Below are positions 17,589 to 25,626 of a stretch of DNA of 33,043 nt, in pieces. The stretch is from the NCBI GenBank assembly GCA_016839605.1, contig JAEOTX010000029.1, positions 1-33,043 of the forward strand, written 5' to 3'. The notes under the pieces are model-generated. The model searched no databases. It was not told where the DNA came from and was given only the letters and a program-made list of their open reading frames with translations. The DNA comes from Candidatus Thorarchaeota archaeon. GTDB taxonomy: Archaea; Asgardarchaeota; Thorarchaeia; Thorarchaeales; Thorarchaeaceae. Both the position numbers and the translations under genes were made by a program. Positions within the stretch are counted from its first letter, which is position 1. Every line of letters begins with the position of its first letter.

Positions 17589-18116
17589 TCACACTTTCTC
17601 CTCAATGAAGGTTCTCACAATCTCAAGAATCGAATCAACTGCTCTGCCCCAGAGATTCTCTGGGGGAGGAGAAAGCTCTTTTGCTCCAATAATTCGGCGG
17701 ATTTTTGCGATCTGACCTGCATGGTAAATCCCATGCTGCGCAGTTCTGAGTACGGCCCAAGCTATTGATGGCCCGCCTTCCTTTGGAGGGATGATACGTA
17801 GCTGATCCTTGGGGCACTCACGGACAATCTTAGTAATCTTCTCCGAATTCTCATTGATACGAGATATTACTTCTTCAAATGTATCAGCAATCACTGGGGG
17901 TCCAATCGAGTTGTTGGCTTTGTGGAACCAGTAGGTTTCAGCAGTCCCAATGTGCATGACAATTCCAGCGATTGACCTCGAGTATTCCTCAGAAGTTACC
18001 TGCTTGATTAATTCTTCATTAGTCAAATCCTCCAGTACATAGTGGAGATGTGTTCTCATATTCTCATGTACCTGAATCACTTTCTCCCTGAACCATTCTG
18101 GAACCATGCCAATCAC
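17589..18116 (-). CDS. DinB/YfiT family four-helix metalloprotein
   Basis: 'SIAGIVMHIGTAETYW' and 'HGIYHAGQI' His triad. Start overlaps the upstream stop (GTGA). Confidence 0.85.
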   Translation of the reverse strand: MIGMVPEWFREKVIQVHENMRTHLHYVLEDLTNEELIKQVTSEEYSRSIAGIVMHIGTAETYWFHKANNSIGPPVIADTFEEVISRINENSEKITKIVRECPKDQLRIIPPKEGGPSIAWAVLRTAQHGIYHAGQIAKIRRIIGAKELSPPPENLWGRAVDSILEIVRTFIEEKV

Positions 18117-19315
18117 TCCTCTGCTCCACCAGGCTTCTTGGGCGGGTCCTTAGTGATAGTCGCCAGCTCATATTCTCTGTTCCCCAGTCCCATCTTCTCT
18201 GCATGTGCTAATTGTCGTTCTGCGAGTTCGAGAATCTCACCGGTCTCTGGGTCTTTGCAGGCATGAACCATAGCGAATTTGCAGGCACCACACTCAATTT
18301 CACCCACTGGTGAGTCAGGATTAGCCGGAGCATCTTTGATAGCCTGCAATGTAGCCTGATCGATTGCTAATGGGTCTCTTGAACCAAAGATTCCTATGTC
18401 ATGCACTAGAAGCGGGGCGCCGACATTCCAGCAGTCGCATTTGTCGCTTATGTCAATTGCAAGATTGATGTAGTAGAACTTGTCAGCTCCAATGGCGTTA
18501 ATCACGCCCACTGTGTTCTCAACAAAGATTGAACCTTGCTCATGATTGGGTCTCCAAGTCTGTGTAGCAGCTTTTGCTTCAACTGTTGCACATATGCTGA
18601 CGCAATGATGACAAGCGATGCATCGTGACTCATCTACTTCTGCTTTCTCATTCATAGTGATGCAGCGAACTGGGCAGACCTTCAGGCATTTGGAGCACTC
18701 AGGACCCAGACACTTCTCAGGATCAATCTTGATATCACCTAGGAAGTGCATTGCAGCTTTGCCCCTCTTCCCAACCAAGCCGATTCCCAAGTTCTTGATG
18801 GTACCACCAATTCCTCCGAGACCATGTCCTTTGGCATGAGTCAGGACAATGACCTTGTCGCAATCAAGCAATGCAGCTGCAACATCCACTGTCTTTACAT
18901 GCTCTCCATCGACCTCAATGTCGTAGACGTCAGTTCCCCAATACCCATCTGCCATGATGATTGGAGCCCCAACTGTCGCATCAGTATAACCATGGAGTGC
19001 TCCCATCCCAAGATACTCCGGAGCGGTTGTGCGACCTCCATATGTACCATCTCCTCCATAGCCGAGACCTGTCGTTTCAGCAACAAATGGTTCACCTCCA
19101 ACAGCTCTGACAAGGTCAACTATCTTGCGTGCATATGCAGGTCTCAGATAGTTCGTGTTGCCCCACTGCCCAAAGTGTGTCTTTATCATTATTTTCTCGC
19201 CAGATTTAATCTCCTTGTCAAGACTAAGCTCTTTGAAGACATGCTCAAGCTTGTCTATCATATTATAGTCTGGTCGCGCCTGACGGTCCGTGAAGTAGAC
19301 CTTTGATTTTCCCAT
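18113..19315 (-). CDS. DUF362 domain iron-sulfur protein with internal 4Fe-4S dicluster domain
   Basis: 'IKTHFG', 'GGEPFVAET', 'THAKGH...GGTIKNLGIG', 'C-x4-CxxCxxxCP' and 'CxxCxxCxxxC', 'CDC', 'DIGIFGSRDPLAIDQA'. Confidence 0.9.
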   Translation of the reverse strand: MGKSKVYFTDRQARPDYNMIDKLEHVFKELSLDKEIKSGEKIMIKTHFGQWGNTNYLRPAYARKIVDLVRAVGGEPFVAETTGLGYGGDGTYGGRTTAPEYLGMGALHGYTDATVGAPIIMADGYWGTDVYDIEVDGEHVKTVDVAAALLDCDKVIVLTHAKGHGLGGIGGTIKNLGIGLVGKRGKAAMHFLGDIKIDPEKCLGPECSKCLKVCPVRCITMNEKAEVDESRCIACHHCVSICATVEAKAATQTWRPNHEQGSIFVENTVGVINAIGADKFYYINLAIDISDKCDCWNVGAPLLVHDIGIFGSRDPLAIDQATLQAIKDAPANPDSPVGEIECGACKFAMVHACKDPETGEILELAERQLAHAEKMGLGNREYELATITKDPPKKPGGAEE

Positions 19316-19421
19316 TGCAAAACCTCAGAAACAGGATAGAATGGCGTGTAATAATGGTTATCCTCCAAAGTGCTCGCTGCTCTTTCGAAACTGTTTATTA
19401 CATAATCACTAGCCACCAAGG

Positions 19422-20525
19422 TTGGTGAATCCATTGCCAAAGGGTGACAAGCTCCTAATCGTGGAGAACCTCAGAGCATACTATCCTTCGTCTAAGGGAT
19501 TGGTGAGAGCTGTTGACGATGTCTCACTCGAGATTCGGGAGGGAGAGTCAATGGGACTCCTTGGAGAAAGCGGATGCGGTAAGAGCTCACTAGCCCTAGC
19601 GCTAATGGGTCTCTTCGAGAGAGTTGCTCGGTTCCAAGCAGGAGCATCGAACGACCCGACACTCCTGAAGCAGTTCAAAGCAGGAGATAAAGCTCCAGTA
19701 GAAGACAGACCGGGAGTACAGGGCAAGGTGATATTTAGAGGAAAGGTCCTGACGTCCATGACCCAAGAGGAGCTTGTTGAGATACGAGGAAAAGAAATCT
19801 CGTTGATTCCTCAGGGCCTAACCCATGCTCTCAATCCTCAGCACAGCATTGGCCATCAGACAGCGGAGCCCATCGATATTCACGAAGATGATGCGCGTCT
19901 TATTGATATGAAGCGCAGAGTTCTCGAGTACCTTGGACTCGTCCGTCTGGCGGATGCTGGCATTCGGTACGTCCTTGATCCCGGAAGCTTCTCGGGTGGA
20001 GAGAGTCAAAGAGTGCTGATTGCTATGTCACTCATTGCGGGTCCATATCTTGTGATAGCCGATGAGCCGACGTCTGCACTTGATGTGACCATCCAACGCC
20101 AGATTATGGAGGTGCTAAGGATGGTCAAAGAAGAATTCGATGTTTCCACGCTTCTGATCAGTCATGATGCAGGGGTCATTGCAGAGCTAGCTGACCGCGT
20201 CGCAGTCATGTATGCAGGAAAAATCCAAGAGTATGGCGAAGCAGTCCAGATGTTCCACCACCCAAGCCATCCATATACTATGGGACTTATGGCATCATTC
20301 CCGACAATCGCAATGATGCGCATGAAGGCAGGAGGAAAGAGACCTCGATTGAGAGGAATAAGAGGGGATCCGCCCGATCTGACAGACCTGCCATCTGGGT
20401 GTGCTTTTCATCCAAGGTGTGACTACTGCATTGATATATGTAAAACTGAAACTCCGGAGTATAGAGAAGTAGAACCCAGGCATTTTGTACGATGTCATAG
20501 GTGGGGAGAGATTAAGCAAGAATGA
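19422..20525 (+). CDS. Stand-alone OppD/DppD-like ABC ATP-binding protein with an insertion after Walker A (start approximate)
   Basis: GESGCGKS, IPQ, FSGGESQR, IADEPTSALD, SHD, HPYT, 'GCAFHPRC...C...CH'. Confidence 0.9.
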   Translation: MVNPLPKGDKLLIVENLRAYYPSSKGLVRAVDDVSLEIREGESMGLLGESGCGKSSLALALMGLFERVARFQAGASNDPTLLKQFKAGDKAPVEDRPGVQGKVIFRGKVLTSMTQEELVEIRGKEISLIPQGLTHALNPQHSIGHQTAEPIDIHEDDARLIDMKRRVLEYLGLVRLADAGIRYVLDPGSFSGGESQRVLIAMSLIAGPYLVIADEPTSALDVTIQRQIMEVLRMVKEEFDVSTLLISHDAGVIAELADRVAVMYAGKIQEYGEAVQMFHHPSHPYTMGLMASFPTIAMMRMKAGGKRPRLRGIRGDPPDLTDLPSGCAFHPRCDYCIDICKTETPEYREVEPRHFVRCHRWGEIKQE

Positions 20526-20526
20526 A

Positions 20527-20668
20527 GTGTGAGCGCACACCGGCGCCCACGAGTGATGTCCTCCACCAAGCCTGAGACGCAGACTTGACTCGGGTTATCG
20601 AATTGAAAACCCTGAAGGTTCACGCATCTTGTCCAGTTTCCGTCCTCCCGGCAAAGGCTCAAGACGCG
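20527..20668 (-). ncRNA. Candidate structured non-coding RNA between convergent genes
   Basis: Minus-strand TATATATG at 20692-20685; 9-bp stem 20668-20660/20631-20623 with a G-U pair; further hairpins; internal direct repeat. Confidence 0.35.
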
Positions 20669-20704
20669 ACAAGCCTCTCTGAAGCATATATACGTCTTCC
20701 CTCG

Positions 20705-20730
20705 AAAATAACCGCCTTTTTTGGAAGGCG
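20705..20730 (-). terminator. Hairpin plus short U-tract after the GNAT-like gene
   Basis: cgcctt/aaggcg (20713-20718/20725-20730), followed on the minus strand by gttatttt. Confidence 0.45.
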
Positions 20731-20744
20731 CCAAACCGAGCTCA

Positions 20745-21632
20745 TTATTGATAAATGAGTTGCAGCTCCATCTCAATAAGCGTCCGGATGGTTTCGAAAC
20801 CTGCATCGCGGAATGGCTGCTTCTCCAGCAAATCACCATCCACTTCAGTACGAATCTCTTTCACACCATCCAAGTAGAGTCTGCCTGCTAGATGGGAAAC
20901 GAGATTGGAGTCCGGAACCTCAATGATGGTTTCTCCGGATCTAAGCGGAGTAAGATCTATCCAACCCAATTGTCTATTGGTTTCCGACCTGTAAGCAACA
21001 GCTAGAGTGCTATCTAGATTCTCTGAGAGCAAGGTGAACCTAGGTTCCCACTGATGGGCTGCCTCATCCCTCAACTCATGCAAATCAAGAGGTCTTGAAA
21101 AGAGACCCCCGAAAAGAGCTAGGAGTCTTTGGGCAGGACCTTTGCTATCCCACTCTCTCACACGTTGAACCAACGTCTCATCGATAGACAGCTCGGATTC
21201 CATTCTAAGCTTTAGACTGACCAAGACTCTTCGGGCCTCAAATGTATACTCGCTGAGTACGTCTGGCACCTTGATAGCTGACATGGGCGTCCAAGCAACA
21301 ATTCGCTCAGCCCCGATATCCCGTGCCCAAGCCATCACATACTCAAAAATCGCCTGCAATCCCTCTGTCTTTCCAGATAGAATGCTTAAGTCAGAGAGAT
21401 ATGCAGAGTGAGTGTCCTCAGACCCGATATGCCTTCCAACCGCAGTAGGCACTCCACCCTCAAGGCCCAAAAGGATTCTATCAGGACCCACTGCACCTTT
21501 CTTGATTAGTTCATTTAGCTCTTTAGATGTAAGTGGTTTGAATTCAGGCAGATTCTTCTTCCCTTCATTATACACTCTAAGCCAGTCATCAATCCACTCA
21601 TCAGTGAGCTGAACAATGGACTTACGGGTCAT
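20745..21632 (-). CDS. Putative tandem GNAT-fold (acetyltransferase-like) protein
   Basis: Two repeats of the GNAT C-terminal pattern: 'AIFEYVMAWARDIGAERIVAW...YTFE' and 'LAGRLYLDGVKEIRTEV...FRDAGFETIRTLIEMEL'. ATG 21632 preferred; the 55-aa upstream extension in the ORF track overlaps a structured non-coding segment. Confidence 0.6.
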   Translation of the reverse strand: MTRKSIVQLTDEWIDDWLRVYNEGKKNLPEFKPLTSKELNELIKKGAVGPDRILLGLEGGVPTAVGRHIGSEDTHSAYLSDLSILSGKTEGLQAIFEYVMAWARDIGAERIVAWTPMSAIKVPDVLSEYTFEARRVLVSLKLRMESELSIDETLVQRVREWDSKGPAQRLLALFGGLFSRPLDLHELRDEAAHQWEPRFTLLSENLDSTLAVAYRSETNRQLGWIDLTPLRSGETIIEVPDSNLVSHLAGRLYLDGVKEIRTEVDGDLLEKQPFRDAGFETIRTLIEMELQLIYQ

Positions 21633-21734
21633 TGGATTCTCGATGAGTTCCAAATGAGTCGCTTTTGAACCTACTGGGTTATGCAGAAATAATGCGTAGA
21701 AGATAGGGTCCTTATAATGGGGGTGGGGCGCCCC

Positions 21735-21890
21735 GTCTTGATACGTATCAGCGTCCTGATGGTTCAATGCTGATTGATAGGAAGAAGACCACTGCACAGA
21801 TGGTGCAACCTACAGCGTTGACCTCTAACGCATGTCATTAGACTTGGGTTCTCAAGTCTACCCAGGAGGAGGCTCGGGGCCTCCTCCACA
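21735..21890 (+). ncRNA. Candidate multi-hairpin non-coding RNA (or structured 3' region of the carbamoyltransferase mRNA)
   Basis: CTTATAAT at 21711-21718, followed by five consecutive stem-loops; G-U pairs favour the + strand. Confidence 0.4.
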
Positions 21891-21897
21891 CAGCATA

Positions 21898-22938
21898 TCA
21901 CGTCTTCCCCATGGTAAGAGCCATAATCGCTTTCTGAACATGGAGTCTGTTCTCTGCTACATCATAGACTATGGACTTAGGACTATCGCATACCTCATCT
22001 GTTACCTCAGCATTTCTATCCACAGGACCACAGTGAGTGAAGTAAGCATCATTGGTCTTAGCCATCCAATCCTTTGTAGTAATCCAGTCATCGTACTTCG
22101 CGGCAATTTCGATCTCTTTCTTTTTGGCTGCATCAACGCCTTTCTTTATCATGTCATCATAGAAACCAGCAGTCATCCAGTTTCGTGAATACACGAAGTC
22201 GGCTCCATCATAGCCTTCCTCAAGGTCGTGTACAATCTCGAATCTACCCCCAGCTGCATCAGCGTTTTCTTCACACCACTTCATGACTTCGGGGTCAAGG
22301 TCGTATCCCTTCGGATAGGCAAGAGTCACATCCATTCCGAGTCGCGTGTTGATCAAGACACTCTCTTGAACGGAGCACCATGATCTCACAAGTGCACCTC
22401 TACCCCAGACCTGAACGAACTTCTTTCCCTTGAGGTTCTTACCGCCATGCATTCTGTAGCCCATTACATCTGCGAGTCCTTGACACGGGTGAAAACGGTC
22501 GTGAGCCATACTAATTATTGGAATACTCGAGTATTGCGCATACTCCTGAAGCATCTCATGCCCTTGCCCGTACTTTTCAAGTGCGGTTTCTAGAACTCTG
22601 ATGCCTATGCCCACACCATAGCGACTCATGACCTCCGCGGCATCCTGAATAGTCTCTCCTGCGGATTTGGCAGACTTGAGCCTCATAGACTTTGGCTCAA
22701 GGAATTGTGCATGACCACCAAGCTCGGTTGCCGCAGCCTCGAATGATTGCCTGGTTCGAACAGAGGGATTATAGAAAAACATCAAGAAGGTGCGCCGGTC
22801 GAGACAATTATTCAGTGGATGATCATATCTTTTGGCCTTCATCTCAAAGGATAGGTCGAGGGTCTTCTCAAGCTCCTCAACACTCCAGTCTTGTGTGCAT
22901 AGCAAGTCCTTTCCATGTAGACTGTTCATGGTACTCAC
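21898..22938 (-). CDS. Carbamoyltransferase, N-acetyl/N-succinylornithine (ArgF'-like) subfamily
   Basis: Carbamoyl-phosphate motif FYNPSVRT, HPCQGLAD, 'HCGPVDRNAEVTDEV', 'AENRLHVQKA'. Start is GTG 22938 or ATG 22929. Confidence 0.85.
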   Translation of the reverse strand: MSTMNSLHGKDLLCTQDWSVEELEKTLDLSFEMKAKRYDHPLNNCLDRRTFLMFFYNPSVRTRQSFEAAATELGGHAQFLEPKSMRLKSAKSAGETIQDAAEVMSRYGVGIGIRVLETALEKYGQGHEMLQEYAQYSSIPIISMAHDRFHPCQGLADVMGYRMHGGKNLKGKKFVQVWGRGALVRSWCSVQESVLINTRLGMDVTLAYPKGYDLDPEVMKWCEENADAAGGRFEIVHDLEEGYDGADFVYSRNWMTAGFYDDMIKKGVDAAKKKEIEIAAKYDDWITTKDWMAKTNDAYFTHCGPVDRNAEVTDEVCDSPKSIVYDVAENRLHVQKAIMALTMGKT

Positions 22939-23065
22939 GACCAGCGGAAAGGTTGCATCTTTGTTTTAGGTCTATCGGGAAGTGAGTTGCTTGACCTCAG
23001 GAGCAATTGATAGCGATAGCGAAAGGGTTTTGAGAGAACCTCATTCGGATTTGACCTGTTCTGAG

Positions 23066-23896
23066 ATGATGATTGGTCAGCCCGAAGCAGTATTCAGGGA
23101 ATTCGCTGAGAGGTATGAGATTGAATTCTCCTTCACCCATGAACAACTTGAGTTGTTTCAAAAGGAGAAGGAGGTCACACTAGGACCAGACCAAATGAAT
23201 GAATTGCTAGACCAGTTATCGGCAGAAGGTGGAATTCCCAAATTTCTTGAAGATTACGCGTCGCACATTCCCACTGTGTGCATGTCGCTCTATGTCATTA
23301 ACGACTCATTGTGGAAATTAATGGAGCGAAAACCCTGGGATCAAGAAAAGATGTTGGCCATGACGACAATGCCGTATTGCTTCTGGCACAAAGATGAAGA
23401 GAAGACCTCGAATATCAAAGCTGTAAAAAGATGGGGTCTAGGGAAGAACACCCTGAGTTATTCGGTCGTTTCCCACACACTCGAGATTATTGGAGAAGGT
23501 GGAGACTTCGCAGGGTTTATAGATAGGAGCCAAATCACCTTGCGGAAGTTCGGAATACCTGAGAAGAGGCAGCTTATTCCCAACTATGTGTATCAGAAAG
23601 TCAAAATGAATGTCCATCTAAAAGAAGCGAAAGCCGATGCCCATCCATTGCCTCTTGACTATCTAGACTATGATTATTCCAGCTCAGCGAAGAATTACCA
23701 CGACCATGGAATTCACCTCGGTGTACCAGGCGAGAGCGTGACATTGAAAATTGAGAAGAGAAAACCATCAAAACTCAGCGGCAATGTGCACCTCTTCATA
23801 GGATTCAAATCGGAATCCGAAGCCGATCAATTGACAACACTACTGGCGGACATCTGGTTCTGGGCATTGCAAAGACTACTTCAGGGACGTAACTAA
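23066..23896 (+). CDS. Hypothetical soluble protein
   Basis: Long ORF with protein-like composition, ending 1 nt before the next start; no recognisable motif. Confidence 0.75.
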   Translation: MMIGQPEAVFREFAERYEIEFSFTHEQLELFQKEKEVTLGPDQMNELLDQLSAEGGIPKFLEDYASHIPTVCMSLYVINDSLWKLMERKPWDQEKMLAMTTMPYCFWHKDEEKTSNIKAVKRWGLGKNTLSYSVVSHTLEIIGEGGDFAGFIDRSQITLRKFGIPEKRQLIPNYVYQKVKMNVHLKEAKADAHPLPLDYLDYDYSSSAKNYHDHGIHLGVPGESVTLKIEKRKPSKLSGNVHLFIGFKSESEADQLTTLLADIWFWALQRLLQGRN

Positions 23897-23897
23897 G

Positions 23898-24671
23898 ATG
23901 CTGATGACGATAGCCCTCATACTCCTCGGACTTCTATCGATTGGGATTTCTCTGATGTGGCGGAATAGACTCGCAAAGATAGACCCACTTTTCTCATCGT
24001 TTGAAGAACGGTTCGACGCTAATGAAGTTGATATCAGCGGCAACAAGAAATACGTGAATTGCTTGTCTCACCACTGGGTCATGAGGAATGTTGTTCGGGG
24101 TGACTATTCAAAATCTGGAGAGTCATTGAGCGATTTCGTTGGGGAAAATACTATGGTGGGCACTATGTTGGTTGGTATAGGAGCGGGAATCGCACCAGTC
24201 CTTCTCGTGTTGGTCATGTTTGAGAGCTTTGTTGTGGCAGGAGCCGCTCTCGCGACAGTCCTAATTGCGGTCTTTATCATTCGTCCATCGGGTGAGGTGG
24301 GAGTGTCATATGATCTTCTTTCATACCTAGTTGAACAAGAACCGACCGAATTCAAGATGGGCGATTGGGCGTACGCTGCAATCTCATCAAATCGGATAAA
24401 GAAATGGTCGTTCACCCTAATCGTAATCGCTGTGTTTTCGTTTGCACTCGCTCCTATAGGCGATATTCTTCCAGATGCTGTAGGATTCGGAATAGCCGCA
24501 TACTTCTCCGTCTTTATGCAACATATCTATCTCCCATTGGCAGAAATCTCGTTTCCATTTGCGCTAATAGCATTCATTGTCGGTGTTCCTCTTCTCCCAT
24601 TGCTATTATTCGCCCTCTTTCGGGTAGTGAAGAAACGACTAAGGTCTCAGTCAGATGAGGATGGAATCTAG
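23898..24671 (+). CDS. Hypothetical multi-pass membrane protein (paralog 1)
   Basis: N-terminal TM plus about 5 further TM; shares motifs with the next gene. Confidence 0.8.
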   Translation: MLMTIALILLGLLSIGISLMWRNRLAKIDPLFSSFEERFDANEVDISGNKKYVNCLSHHWVMRNVVRGDYSKSGESLSDFVGENTMVGTMLVGIGAGIAPVLLVLVMFESFVVAGAALATVLIAVFIIRPSGEVGVSYDLLSYLVEQEPTEFKMGDWAYAAISSNRIKKWSFTLIVIAVFSFALAPIGDILPDAVGFGIAAYFSVFMQHIYLPLAEISFPFALIAFIVGVPLLPLLLFALFRVVKKRLRSQSDEDGI

Positions 24672-24771
24672 AGGCGAACTCGGATATTCACACCAGATTC
24701 TACTGAAAAGGTAGGATTCAAGAATACCCAATCGGCTGCATCTAAAACGTTGTGTCTGAGGTATCTTAACA

Positions 24772-25626
24772 ATGTATATGACGCTGGCAACAATTCTGCT
24801 GGGAATTTTATCGATTCTAATGGCAGTATTTTGGCGTAAGCGTTTACTGCGCCGCGATGAAATCAATATCTATCTTGAAGCTAGGTTTGGCTCTGAAAGT
24901 GTTGATACTTCAGGCAAAACCCACTACTCCAATTGCTTATCGTATCAGTGGGTCATGAAGAATGTCATTCAGAACAAACTTAGCCAAGGTAGCGAGGTCA
25001 TCCGTACAGCTTTGGTAGACAGAACCGTCGAGGGTACAATGGCACTCGCAATCGTAGGATCACTGATTCCATTCACGGCAGCTTATCTAATCTTTGTTAG
25101 CTTTGCACTTGTTGGTGGATCAATTATAATCCTCCTCCTGGCAATTCTTGTGATTCAAGCACCATTTGATGTGGCAGCATCTGATGGTCTCTTGAAATGG
25201 CAAACAAAGCAAGATCCGATAGATTTCAAGGTGGGCGACTTTGCATATGCTAAGGTATCATTCGGGGCAATCTCAAGATGGATACGAGTGCTTCTCGCAA
25301 TAGGAGCTATTGCCATTGTAGTGGCACCCTGGAGTGACTTGCTACTGGAAGGAGCGACTTATGCAATAATAATGGTGTTCACATTCGCTTTTACTACCGT
25401 ATATACTCCACTTGGTGCAGTCAATCCAGCTTTGGCGTATGTATTCTTTGTTGCGACTGTTGTGACAATCCTAATAATTGCCTTCCTCCTCCCTGGGAAA
25501 ATCTATAATTTGGTCCAGAGAGATATCAACATCTTTGCGCTAGAATCCGAAGAGAGTTCCGATGAGATCGATGATGAAACCGTAGAGAAAGAGAATAATC
25601 GCGGAGGCCATCAGGTCAAGACCTAG
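24772..25626 (+). CDS. Hypothetical multi-pass membrane protein (paralog 2)
   Basis: Shared motifs WR.RL, E.RF....VD.SG, NCLS..WVM.NV, Q.P..FK.GD.AYA. Confidence 0.8.
   Translation: MYMTLATILLGILSILMAVFWRKRLLRRDEINIYLEARFGSESVDTSGKTHYSNCLSYQWVMKNVIQNKLSQGSEVIRTALVDRTVEGTMALAIVGSLIPFTAAYLIFVSFALVGGSIIILLLAILVIQAPFDVAASDGLLKWQTKQDPIDFKVGDFAYAKVSFGAISRWIRVLLAIGAIAIVVAPWSDLLLEGATYAIIMVFTFAFTTVYTPLGAVNPALAYVFFVATVVTILIIAFLLPGKIYNLVQRDINIFALESEESSDEIDDETVEKENNRGGHQVKT

Noticed and set aside
20553-20616. Possible box C/D sRNA on the + strand (GTGATGT..CTGA..CTGA)
   Set aside because: The C box is imperfect, there is no convincing C' box, no target was identified, and the promoter and G-U pairs favour the other strand.
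20570-20665. Resemblance of the minus-strand segment to c-di-AMP (ydaO) or glycine riboswitches (GUGAAC..AGGG..CCCGA; UCUCAGG)
   Set aside because: Key conserved elements (CCGUCAGCUAAC; CCGAAG) are missing and there is no downstream gene on that strand.
20495-20839. 114-aa minus-strand ORF across the intergenic gap
   Set aside because: It overlaps both neighbours, has no recognisable motif, and has the Cys/Arg/Ser-rich composition typical of spurious frames.
21633-21797. 55-aa N-terminal extension of the GNAT-like ORF in the ORF track
   Set aside because: It overlaps a TATA box, palindromes and stem-loops, and its composition is not domain-like; ATG 21632 is more plausible.
21735-21890. H/ACA guide or spliceosomal snRNA-like identity for the multi-hairpin element
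   Set aside because: There is no ACA box after the pocket-containing stem, no clear K-turn, and no Sm site or exact snRNA motif; only short chance-level similarities.
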